Shown: piece by piece, positions 27,274 to 36,646 of the stretch | Numbering within the stretch: the first letter of the stretch is position 1 | How the letters are laid out: each line of letters begins with the position of its first letter | IMG/VR virus record: IMGVR_UViG_3300012665_000898 | Span: 1 to 48,428 of that record | DNA: 48,428 bases | Source: a virus | Lineage: Duplodnaviria > Caudoviricetes | Reading direction: 5' to 3' (one strand) | Program-made: the position numbers and the translations under genes | Notes under the pieces: generated by a model | Databases searched by the model: none | Told to the model about the DNA's origin: nothing | Seen by the model: the letters and a program-made list of their open reading frames with translations, nothing else

Positions 27274-27747
27274 ATGGAAAGTTTATTAACACCCGCAGAA
27301 CAAACTGAATTAAACAAGTTCGGTTTACTGGAGCTTACAGCTTCACATACTTATTTGCACCTTGCAAATAGAATGAAAACTTTAGGATATTTTGGAGCAG
27401 AAAAACTTTTTACTGAAGAATCAGAAGGAGAAAGAGAGCACTACAATAAGATTGAGGCTTTTTGCAACAATTTAAATAGTGAGCTATCAGTAGAAGCATT
27501 GGACAAAGTGACTTCTACAGTTTCCAATATCAAAGAAGCCTTGGAAATGGCTGCAGAAATGGAAAAAGACTTACTACTTGAGTATGAAACTTCTGCAAAA
27601 AAAGCAGATTTATCATTAAAAGTTGTACTTTTGTTACAAGAGTTTACAACTCACCAAGTAGGGGCAGTAGGTGAATACTTTGATTTACTAGCTCGTTTAG
27701 CTCTTACTAATGACATGTTGTTATTCGACAAAGAATTAGGCAATTAA
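27274..27747 (+). CDS. Ferritin-like protein
   Basis: ELTASHTY, GYFGAEKLF, EESEGEREH, EME and HQ positions match the ferritin four-helix bundle and most ferroxidase ligands. Confidence 0.85.
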   Translation: MESLLTPAEQTELNKFGLLELTASHTYLHLANRMKTLGYFGAEKLFTEESEGEREHYNKIEAFCNNLNSELSVEALDKVTSTVSNIKEALEMAAEMEKDLLLEYETSAKKADLSLKVVLLLQEFTTHQVGAVGEYFDLLARLALTNDMLLFDKELGN

Positions 27748-27757
27748 ATAGTTTATT

Positions 27758-30700
27758 ATGGCTTGTAAGTATTGGTACGAAGGTAAATGGCACACAGAAG
27801 CTAAGTTTAAAGAAATTTTAGCAAATGGCCTTTTAGATAAATTAATAGCTGAGAACAAAGTAAGTTTATCAGCATTAGAATCTACAAGCGGAAAAACACA
27901 AGATTTTAACGCAGAAGAAGGTAAAAAGACTTCAATTGTCTTACGTATCCTGCATAAAATACAATCCAAGCTTAATAACGAAGTTGCTCCTGGAACAGGA
28001 GAATTTGTTAATAATAATCCTATTGATGTATTAGCTAAAGCAAACGAAGAGCGTAAAGCATTAAATCCTAAAGCAAAAGATATTCCACTACGTTTAGCAA
28101 TTAAAGTAAACGGTACTTTGCGTGTAGGAGAAGGAAAAGCTAATGCTGCATTAAAAGCAGAATTAGAAAAATCTGCTGTATTTAATACTATGGTAGACAA
28201 CATGAAAGAAGGTATTCCTTACATGTTAATTCCTTCTGCTTATGGGTTATATCCTGTTCAAGTTCGTTCAAGTAAAATTAAAGAAAGTAAAAAAGCACCT
28301 GTTGTTGCAAGTGAATTATTAAAACTTTCTAAAGCTTCAGGACCTGTTGCTATTAATGCAATTAGAAAAAATATTGAAAAACTGTTATACAGAACTACCG
28401 TAGAGTTTATTAACGGAAAATTTGTAGTTAATCAATATAATGCAGATACAGCTAAAATAGTAAAACATGAGTTTGCTAATGTAGAGGAAACGTCAAATTT
28501 TTTAGGAGAACTTCTTTACCGTGTAGATTACAATTCTATCAATAAAGGAAACTACAATACAGCAATGGCTCAAGACGGAGCTTTTACTACAGATTTATTT
28601 TCAGAAAATGGAAACTTTTTTAATTCTAGCTCTTTTGTAGTAGAAGCTTATTCTACTTCTAATGAAGCAAAAGCTACATTTGATTCCATATTTACATCTA
28701 CTTTACCTGCATCTAGTACAGAATCTGCAGAAGCGTCAATGGCTGCCAATGCAAGTCCTGTTAGTAATAATTCTACATCTAAAGCAGACGAGAATCCAAT
28801 GTTCTCAGAACCTGTTGATACTTTAACAGCTGCTTTAAAAGAAGATTTTTATGTAGACATTCCTGTTACAGGAAGTAACTACGGATATGTTAGGGTTTCT
28901 GCTGCAGTTGTTGATAATAAAATATCAGTAATAAAAGCACAAAGAATTAATAGAATAACTCAAAAAAATAAATCTGATGTAATTAAGGAGGGTCCTATTT
29001 TAGGTACAGGAGTAGAGTTAAATAATATTACTAAAGAATTTTTTGCTCATCCAGTAGTAGGTAAAAAGCAACTAGAAATTTTAAATAATCTTAATAAAAA
29101 TATTTCATTAGAAGGTATTGAGGCTCCTGAAATGTTAGGTGCAGATAACGCAACTCCTATAAAGAAAGCTTCTAGAAGAGCTGCTATGTTAGATGCTAAT
29201 GCAGAAACTCCTACTATAGAGTCTGCTAATGAATGGCTACAACAAGCTGCGTCTACAGAAACAGTTCCTGAAGATGTTACACCAGAGAATTTAACATCTG
29301 ACGATTTAGATTTCTTTTCAGATTTTGACAACGGTATTGAAGGAGAAACTCCTACAACTAAATTACGGGCTACTGAAAAAGAAGATGCTACAACTTGGGA
29401 CAAAGAGCAAGAGTTAACTTGGTTAATGGATAAAGTTACGGGTACTAGCAATTGGTTTAAAACAGGTACTTTTGACAGCTTAGAAGAGTTAGAGGCATAT
29501 TTGCCTAAAGAGACTTACGAAATGCTTTTAGAAGCAAGAAAAAGTGGTAAAACTGTACACGGTTTATTTACAAAAGCAGCAATGTATCTTTGGAATAATG
29601 CTGCAGCAGGTACTACTTACCACGAAGCTTTCCATATTGTATTTAACTTAGCACTTCCATTAAGTGCAAGATTAGAAATTTTGACAAATGCTGTTGAAGT
29701 ATATAGTGAAGATTTATCTTTAAATTCTACTTTCTTAGAAATAGAGGAGTACCTTGCAGATAAATTTATGGAGTACACTCAAGCTGAAGAAGCTGGAGAA
29801 AAAACTACGTCTAAAAAAATCAATAACTTTTTCAAAGGTTTATACAGAATGCTTAAAACATTCTTTAATTCTAAAAGAAAAGTTGATGTAGAAAAATTAT
29901 TTGAAGATATTAATTTAGGAGTTTACAAGCACTCAATTAAATTTAAGAACACAAATATACCTGGACAAGCAAAACTACGTGCAGAAGACAGAAGATTCGA
30001 TAATCCAATGGAGGAAAGAGCTTCTTTTCAGTATTTAAGCAACAGGTTAACTAATATTATTGAGGAGTATAAAACTAAGAATTCTGATTTTTTAGATAAA
30101 AACGATCAAGAAGTCTTGAATGCTATTGGTATTCAAAAAATGTACTCTGCATTAATTACTCAATTAGCAGGAGATATTAATGCTAATAGTAATCAAGAAA
30201 TAAAAGCTAAGTTGTTGAATCTTTTCAATGTAGCTACAAACAATAAAACAGCTATTCAAAAAGTTATCATTGATGAAAAGCCTGTTATTGTATTTAAAGA
30301 AATTCCTGATTTTATTCAAAGATTTAATAACAGCTTAAAAAATAGAGGTCTGCACATTGGACTAAAAACTGTAAAAGCTATTACTAATAACATTGAAGAA
30401 GAAAATCCATTTGACACTAAAGAGGAAAATACTCAAGAAGAAGCATGGATGATTGGTAATATTGAGATTAATCCTAAAGAAAGTATTAGTGTTAAATTAC
30501 GTTCTTTCTTTGCTACTATTCCTAAGTATCTTTCTAACCAAGTAAATGCTAGAAAAGCAGTTAATGAGTTTGGTGTACAAGGAACAGAAGATTCTAATAA
30601 AGTATTTGCTTACTTAATTTCTAAAATATCTAACAGCTATTCTGTTGAAGATATGATGGCTAAATTACGTAAGATTAAAACACAACGTCCTTACATCAAT

Positions 30701-33700
30701 CATATTATTGAAAAGGTAGAATTAGATAAAGGTTTACGTACAGATTTGTTTACAGCTATTGCAAGCAAAAACTTTGCAACATTTACAGCTGTTTATGAAA
30801 AAAATGGTGAGTATAGAATTATCAATTCTAATAGAAAAACATTAGAAAATATTATTCAAGAAGAAATTATTTCTAAATTCTTAACTCAAGGTAATCCTCT
30901 TTTTAATAAAGATAAAAACGGTCAAACCGATTTTACTAATATTAAACAAGAAGCTGTTACTTTATACTTAAAAGGTATAGAAGATTCTATTGGAGTTGCT
31001 AATAAAATTTCTAACAAACAAGATATTGATAACTTTCTTGATAATCTTAGTAAAAAACTAAAAGCAATTAAACTAAGTATCACTACTGAAGATTTAAATA
31101 CTATTTGGAATCCTGAATCAGGCAAAGCTTCTTGGGGTAATATTCAAGCACTATTAACGCAATTGCAAAAATTAGGTTTAGAGTTACAAAAAGGAAACAA
31201 TCCTTTCTTGTTTCTACAACCTGATGATGTTATTGCTAGCAGTAAAATAGGAGACAGAAACGTAGTAGAAGCTATTGCAAAAATAGTTCAACCTGCTTTA
31301 GAAAAAGAAACTGTATCTTCTTTTAGAAATATTGAAGGAAAAACTGTTTACAATTTAATTTTATCAGGCTTTTTAAATAAGCAAATTGCTAAATTTAAAG
31401 ACGATGCCGAGTTACAAAAATACTTAGAAGAAATTTCTGGAGATCCGTTGTTGAGAAATCTTCCGTTTATTCAAGATTTAAAAAATCCAGAAGGAACTCT
31501 ACAAGATAAATTAAGTGTCGTTATCTTAGACGGCCTTAGTCGTAGTGGTAAAAATCAAGCACAGGGATATTCTGACATGTCTCCTATTGAGTTAACTACT
31601 ACAGAATTAGCTATGTTCTACAACAACGGTAGTAGCAAAACAGCTAGATTTAAAATGCCTATTCCTTCTAACTCTCCTACATTACCTTTCTTAACAGCAG
31701 AAAGTTTTACTAATGATGAGGTAGTAGATAGATTAGTACAAACTGCTAAAGCAGAATATAGTAGAATTTTAAATTTAAAAAATTCACCAAAAGATTCATT
31801 ATTAAGATTAATTCCTAACTACAATAAATTAGGATTAAAGTTTCAGCATTTACCATTTTTAAATAAATTAGATTTAGAAAAAGGTTTTGATGAAGCACTT
31901 GTTAAATCTACTATTGAGGACTATTTAAAAAATACTTTCTTAGCAAAAGAATTAGCATATTACAAAAAAGAAGGTATTATTAAATCATATACTAATGACA
32001 AAATAGTATTTGCTGATAAAGTCATAGATGGTAGAATCAAAAACAAAGAAGAGTTTTTTGCTAATTATTTGTACAATAGTTTTTACATGAACATGCAAAT
32101 GACTTCTCTTTTTGGAGGAGACCCTGCATTCTATAAAAACACAACAGATTATCAAAAACGATACAAACAAATTTTAAGTCCTGGTACTTACCCAAACACA
32201 GAAGGTCTATCAGCTACTTATAATATGGTAGTTTTAGAAGATGAAGTTGCTCCTACAGATGAAAAGACTGTAGACAGCATCAAAAAAATCATCGAACAGT
32301 CTAACTTAACTGCAGAAGAAAAACTTACTTTATCTACTTTATGGGGTACAGTATTTTCTAATCCAGCATCTAAAGATTTTGAAGGACATAATTTAACAGA
32401 TGGTGCTACATTTATTAGTGTACACAGAAAGAAACAACAATTAGAAGGATTAAACAAATGGACTCCTGCTCATGAAGAAGCTTACCAACGTGAGCTTCGT
32501 GGTGAAAAACCTACAGAAAAGGATTTAGATATGTTTAAACCAGAAAAGCCTTTCTATTTTGGATTTAGAACTGTAGAAGGAGTTTCTGTACCAACACAAG
32601 TAAAAAACTCTGAGGTAACATTAACTCATACATTAGCTTTACAAAAAAATGCTGACGGTACTTTTATGTATCCAAAATTAGCAGCAATGTATCAAGATTT
32701 AATGAACCCTGAAAAAGGTATTGATGCTTTTGCTTTTGCTTCTGCTATTAAAGACGGAGCTGTGGGAGCTAATGTAAATGCTAAAGGAAATGTTGAGTTT
32801 GCTGACTATGTTCAACAATCAGACGGCTCCTATACGCTTACTAATGGCCAAAATATTATGGCAATGCAAGCTGCTGATTGGAGATTGCAACAAGAAACAC
32901 CTGCTCACTATATTGATGACCGATCAAACTTCTCTTCACAGTTGAGAAATTTGATTATTGGGGACATGGATATGCAAGGTGACTATAATATCAATGGTAC
33001 TAAATTAAAAGGTTCTGAAGTAGTTTCTTTGTATCAAGATTTAATTATCGAAGATTTACGTAGCTCTTTTGAAGATGTACGTGAAATGTTTGAGACTCCT
33101 ACAGGAGAAATTGATTTCATTAAATTAGCTACAGAATTAAGAGCAGAGGCTATTAAAAAAGACATGAATCAAGACTTTTTAGATGCTTTATCAATCTATA
33201 CAGATAATGTTACTGGAAAAAGTTCTACAGTATTGCCTTTGTATCACCCAATGATTTCTTATAAAATAGAATCATTAATGAACTCTTTCTTCACAAATAG
33301 AGTTACTAAGCAAAAAATTACTGGAGGTTCATTAGTCAATGCAAGTTCTTACGGTACTTCGAACAATTTGTCACTAGTAGTGAATGAAGAAACTGGGGCT
33401 ATTACAATGCAAGCTATGTTACCAGCTTGGTCTAAAAAATTATTCCCTAAAGATAGTAACGGAGAGGTTAATATTGAATTTATCAAAAAACATGCTCCTG
33501 AATTATTAAATATTATTGGATACCGTATTCCTAATGAGGATAAATACTCGATGTTTAATATTGAGGTAGTAGGATTTACTCCTAGTTCTATGGGACCTAT
33601 TGTTATTCTTCCTATTGAGATTACAACTATTGCAGGGCTTGACTTCGATATTGATAAAACTTATTTTATGTCTAGAGCATTTACTGTAGACAAAAAAGGA

Positions 33701-36634
33701 GTTCCTTCTTATACTAAGTATATTGAAGAATTAGATACAGAGGAAAAAGTTAAACAAGCAGCATTACAGATTTACTCAAATTTTGCAGATTTCAAACGAT
33801 TTGTAAAAAACAATGTACAGCCTAGTAATGTAGACAAGATGCTTGAGGGCTACCGTAATTTGATGGATAGACTAATTGAGAATCCTGAGAATATGGCTAT
33901 GGCAGATGCTACAGCTAAAGAAGTAATAACAAGTATTAAAGAGTTAAAATCTAACATAGGCTTTGCTATTAAAACTTATGGTAAAGATAGTTCAGTAGTC
34001 AGAGGAATGTATGAGACTATTGATGAATTATACAAAAGTTTAAATGAGGACTTTATCCGTTTCAACAATACTTTAGTAGAAACTACTGAGGCAGATTTAA
34101 AAGTTTTAGAATTTATTGAGAATAAATTAAAAACTAACTTTGACCCATTAAAGTTTAACTCTAGACTAGCACGAGATAATAAAAAAATAGAGCTTATTCA
34201 AGGAATCCTTGAAAATAAAAATACTGCAGCATCTATTTTAAATCCTGGTAGCTTCGATAACTTAAAAATGCAAGCAGCTAGAATCCGTCTATTACAAGCA
34301 GGAAAAATTGCAGAAAGTAAATTACCTAAAAACGAACTATTGGCCGCAGCAGATGCACTAGATAACGAAGATTTTGGTATTAATTTACCTTCTACTCAAT
34401 TAGAGTTGTTTAAGAGAAACATGATGGGGTCAAAATTGATTGGTATTTTTGCTAATCACAACGTACACCATGCAAAATCTCAATATACAAATTTACGATT
34501 AAAAGAATCTATTCAATTTAATGGTAAATTCTACGATAAATTAAATCAAGTTTACAATGAGTTAGGACAACGTATTTCAAAATTACTTGCATCCAACTTA
34601 GCAGGAGTTGTGGATAATGCTAAATATCCATTATCTTCTTTCCTAAACAGTAATACTTACACAGTAAACACAATTGCTTTATTAGAGCGTTTAGGTTTAG
34701 ATGAGGATACTGTTTATGCATTTGTAAACCAACCTGTTATTCTAGAGTTAACTCAGTTATATTTTAATGAAAAAGGATCGTTGTCAGAAGACAAACAATT
34801 CGATGCTATTAGAAATTCTTGGAGACAAAAATTAACTGCAAAATTAGAAGAAGCGGGTGTATCAGAAGATACTATTTTAGATGACAACTTAACTTTAGAG
34901 GAACTACAAAAAGCTCTTCCAGGAGCACCAAAAGGTTCTGGGGCAGAAGTAGATTACTATAAATTACAGTATAAAGTACTAAACTTGTTCCAAAAATACT
35001 ATGAAATAGGTCAAGAATTAAGTGAAGGTACTATAGCAGCTAAAACAGACACAGTAGGTGTAGGACCAACTAGTTCCGCTAACTACGTATTCTTAAACAA
35101 ACAAGAAAGAGTTTTAGAGAGAATTGCTAAAAACAACAATAAAATTATAGGACTTGATGAAGTATTTAAAGGAGGTACGAACCAAAAAATGATTCCTGCC
35201 TTTACTAAATATGCATTATACGGTCCAATAGCAGTACTAAATAAAATATTCCCATCAATTGGAAATATTACACCAAGTGGTACTATTACATATTCTAGTT
35301 TAGGAAACTTGAAAAACTGGTTCTCTTCACAAAAAGGAGAAAATAGTTTAACGGAAAAAGAAGCTAACTTAATTAACATCCAATACATGGATTTCTTAAT
35401 TAGTGCTTTCCCGTTATTTAGTAGAAAAAATAGTGAGAAAATTTTAAATACTGTACCTGATAAATTGACAGAATTTAAAAATAATATGTCTCCAGAAGCT
35501 CCTTATAAAATGTTTATTGACAGTTTATTTGTAGTTAAACCAGATAACAATTCTCCAATAACAAGAATTCAGTATTACAATACAGGTAAAACTAATGATG
35601 ATGTAGCAGGTATTAAAGCTTCTTGGCAACGTATGTTAGAAGATACTAATCTTGATGTGAGAGAATTTGCATTGCAATTAGTTCAATATACTTACTTCTC
35701 TTCAGGATACGGTTTTGGACCATTTACTTTCTCTAATTTAATCCCTGTAAAATTCTGGAGTAATGAATATCAAATTGAGAATAATATTGTAGACAATAAA
35801 AATCGTCCTTTCAATATGTTCCTAGAAGATGCATTAAAAGCAGATTTCTCAGAAGGAAGTGTTTACAGAAATAGATTTATCAAACAGTTTGTACAAAACA
35901 ATGCTGAAAAAGAGAGTCTAGTTAAATCTGTAAAAATAGGTAAGAGTCTTAAAAAAGCTGACGAAGGTACTACAGGTGCAGAACAGAATAATGTCACTAC
36001 TATTTTAGCACAGAAAAACGGTATTATCCAGACTTCTGCAGGAAATTTAGTAATTAATGTTTCTAAAAATAGAAACTTGTTTCCTTTTGGTGAAAAATTA
36101 TCACCAATTAAATACATCAAAGTATATCAAAAATCTGGAAAAGTTCAGTTATATGAGCACCGTCCTACAAAATATGATTACAAAAATCCTGATGAATTTG
36201 ACGGTCAGAAATTTATAGATACTGTTACTTATTTCCCTATTGATACTTTAGGTAGCTCTAATGTTGCATTGGAATATGACTTTACTAATGACATTACAAA
36301 GTCGTCTATTAGCAAAACAAAAGCTCCTGTTAAGCAAACTACCGCTGCTAAAATTGTAGCTACGGATGCACAATCATCAGTAGAAGATGCTGCAATTAGA
36401 ATGGAGCAAGAAAATGCTGCTAACTTCTTGGCTGCTTCTGCTACTGCCGAACCTGTTATAGAAGGAGCAACTCCAAAAAGACGTAGAGCAGGTACGATTG
36501 ATACTACAGCAGAAGATGTTCCAGTAACTTACAAAGCGTATCAAGAAGCTAAGGGTACATTATCTGAAGAAGATTTCTTATCTTTAAGCCCTCGTGAGCA
36601 AGAACGTAGAATAAAAGAACTATTAGGTTGTTAA
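27758..36634 (+). CDS. Virion-packaged two-barrel RNA polymerase (crAss-like, phi14:2 gp66 type) with zincin-like domain
   Basis: Catalytic GLDFDIDK (DFDID at 33641-33655) preceded by GYRIPNEDKYS. Also FGGDPAFYK...KR, TDGATFI, LQQE, KITGGSLVN, IGIFAN, VDNAK; HEAFH at 29621-29635 with EEYLADKF. Confidence 0.93.
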   Translation: MACKYWYEGKWHTEAKFKEILANGLLDKLIAENKVSLSALESTSGKTQDFNAEEGKKTSIVLRILHKIQSKLNNEVAPGTGEFVNNNPIDVLAKANEERKALNPKAKDIPLRLAIKVNGTLRVGEGKANAALKAELEKSAVFNTMVDNMKEGIPYMLIPSAYGLYPVQVRSSKIKESKKAPVVASELLKLSKASGPVAINAIRKNIEKLLYRTTVEFINGKFVVNQYNADTAKIVKHEFANVEETSNFLGELLYRVDYNSINKGNYNTAMAQDGAFTTDLFSENGNFFNSSSFVVEAYSTSNEAKATFDSIFTSTLPASSTESAEASMAANASPVSNNSTSKADENPMFSEPVDTLTAALKEDFYVDIPVTGSNYGYVRVSAAVVDNKISVIKAQRINRITQKNKSDVIKEGPILGTGVELNNITKEFFAHPVVGKKQLEILNNLNKNISLEGIEAPEMLGADNATPIKKASRRAAMLDANAETPTIESANEWLQQAASTETVPEDVTPENLTSDDLDFFSDFDNGIEGETPTTKLRATEKEDATTWDKEQELTWLMDKVTGTSNWFKTGTFDSLEELEAYLPKETYEMLLEARKSGKTVHGLFTKAAMYLWNNAAAGTTYHEAFHIVFNLALPLSARLEILTNAVEVYSEDLSLNSTFLEIEEYLADKFMEYTQAEEAGEKTTSKKINNFFKGLYRMLKTFFNSKRKVDVEKLFEDINLGVYKHSIKFKNTNIPGQAKLRAEDRRFDNPMEERASFQYLSNRLTNIIEEYKTKNSDFLDKNDQEVLNAIGIQKMYSALITQLAGDINANSNQEIKAKLLNLFNVATNNKTAIQKVIIDEKPVIVFKEIPDFIQRFNNSLKNRGLHIGLKTVKAITNNIEEENPFDTKEENTQEEAWMIGNIEINPKESISVKLRSFFATIPKYLSNQVNARKAVNEFGVQGTEDSNKVFAYLISKISNSYSVEDMMAKLRKIKTQRPYINHIIEKVELDKGLRTDLFTAIASKNFATFTAVYEKNGEYRIINSNRKTLENIIQEEIISKFLTQGNPLFNKDKNGQTDFTNIKQEAVTLYLKGIEDSIGVANKISNKQDIDNFLDNLSKKLKAIKLSITTEDLNTIWNPESGKASWGNIQALLTQLQKLGLELQKGNNPFLFLQPDDVIASSKIGDRNVVEAIAKIVQPALEKETVSSFRNIEGKTVYNLILSGFLNKQIAKFKDDAELQKYLEEISGDPLLRNLPFIQDLKNPEGTLQDKLSVVILDGLSRSGKNQAQGYSDMSPIELTTTELAMFYNNGSSKTARFKMPIPSNSPTLPFLTAESFTNDEVVDRLVQTAKAEYSRILNLKNSPKDSLLRLIPNYNKLGLKFQHLPFLNKLDLEKGFDEALVKSTIEDYLKNTFLAKELAYYKKEGIIKSYTNDKIVFADKVIDGRIKNKEEFFANYLYNSFYMNMQMTSLFGGDPAFYKNTTDYQKRYKQILSPGTYPNTEGLSATYNMVVLEDEVAPTDEKTVDSIKKIIEQSNLTAEEKLTLSTLWGTVFSNPASKDFEGHNLTDGATFISVHRKKQQLEGLNKWTPAHEEAYQRELRGEKPTEKDLDMFKPEKPFYFGFRTVEGVSVPTQVKNSEVTLTHTLALQKNADGTFMYPKLAAMYQDLMNPEKGIDAFAFASAIKDGAVGANVNAKGNVEFADYVQQSDGSYTLTNGQNIMAMQAADWRLQQETPAHYIDDRSNFSSQLRNLIIGDMDMQGDYNINGTKLKGSEVVSLYQDLIIEDLRSSFEDVREMFETPTGEIDFIKLATELRAEAIKKDMNQDFLDALSIYTDNVTGKSSTVLPLYHPMISYKIESLMNSFFTNRVTKQKITGGSLVNASSYGTSNNLSLVVNEETGAITMQAMLPAWSKKLFPKDSNGEVNIEFIKKHAPELLNIIGYRIPNEDKYSMFNIEVVGFTPSSMGPIVILPIEITTIAGLDFDIDKTYFMSRAFTVDKKGVPSYTKYIEELDTEEKVKQAALQIYSNFADFKRFVKNNVQPSNVDKMLEGYRNLMDRLIENPENMAMADATAKEVITSIKELKSNIGFAIKTYGKDSSVVRGMYETIDELYKSLNEDFIRFNNTLVETTEADLKVLEFIENKLKTNFDPLKFNSRLARDNKKIELIQGILENKNTAASILNPGSFDNLKMQAARIRLLQAGKIAESKLPKNELLAAADALDNEDFGINLPSTQLELFKRNMMGSKLIGIFANHNVHHAKSQYTNLRLKESIQFNGKFYDKLNQVYNELGQRISKLLASNLAGVVDNAKYPLSSFLNSNTYTVNTIALLERLGLDEDTVYAFVNQPVILELTQLYFNEKGSLSEDKQFDAIRNSWRQKLTAKLEEAGVSEDTILDDNLTLEELQKALPGAPKGSGAEVDYYKLQYKVLNLFQKYYEIGQELSEGTIAAKTDTVGVGPTSSANYVFLNKQERVLERIAKNNNKIIGLDEVFKGGTNQKMIPAFTKYALYGPIAVLNKIFPSIGNITPSGTITYSSLGNLKNWFSSQKGENSLTEKEANLINIQYMDFLISAFPLFSRKNSEKILNTVPDKLTEFKNNMSPEAPYKMFIDSLFVVKPDNNSPITRIQYYNTGKTNDDVAGIKASWQRMLEDTNLDVREFALQLVQYTYFSSGYGFGPFTFSNLIPVKFWSNEYQIENNIVDNKNRPFNMFLEDALKADFSEGSVYRNRFIKQFVQNNAEKESLVKSVKIGKSLKKADEGTTGAEQNNVTTILAQKNGIIQTSAGNLVINVSKNRNLFPFGEKLSPIKYIKVYQKSGKVQLYEHRPTKYDYKNPDEFDGQKFIDTVTYFPIDTLGSSNVALEYDFTNDITKSSISKTKAPVKQTTAAKIVATDAQSSVEDAAIRMEQENAANFLAASATAEPVIEGATPKRRRAGTIDTTAEDVPVTYKAYQEAKGTLSEEDFLSLSPREQERRIKELLGC

Positions 36635-36646
36635 AATAATCAAACT

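Noticed and set aside
27200-27830. Split intein as the explanation for the terminal cysteines
   Set aside because: No intein block motifs (no TxxH, no HN-C/S/T junction), and the Cys positions do not fit IntN/IntC geometry.
27758-36634. Introns, inteins or homing endonucleases in the RNAP gene
   Set aside because: The ORF is continuous, with no LAGLIDADG, HNH or intein motifs seen and no internal Cys.
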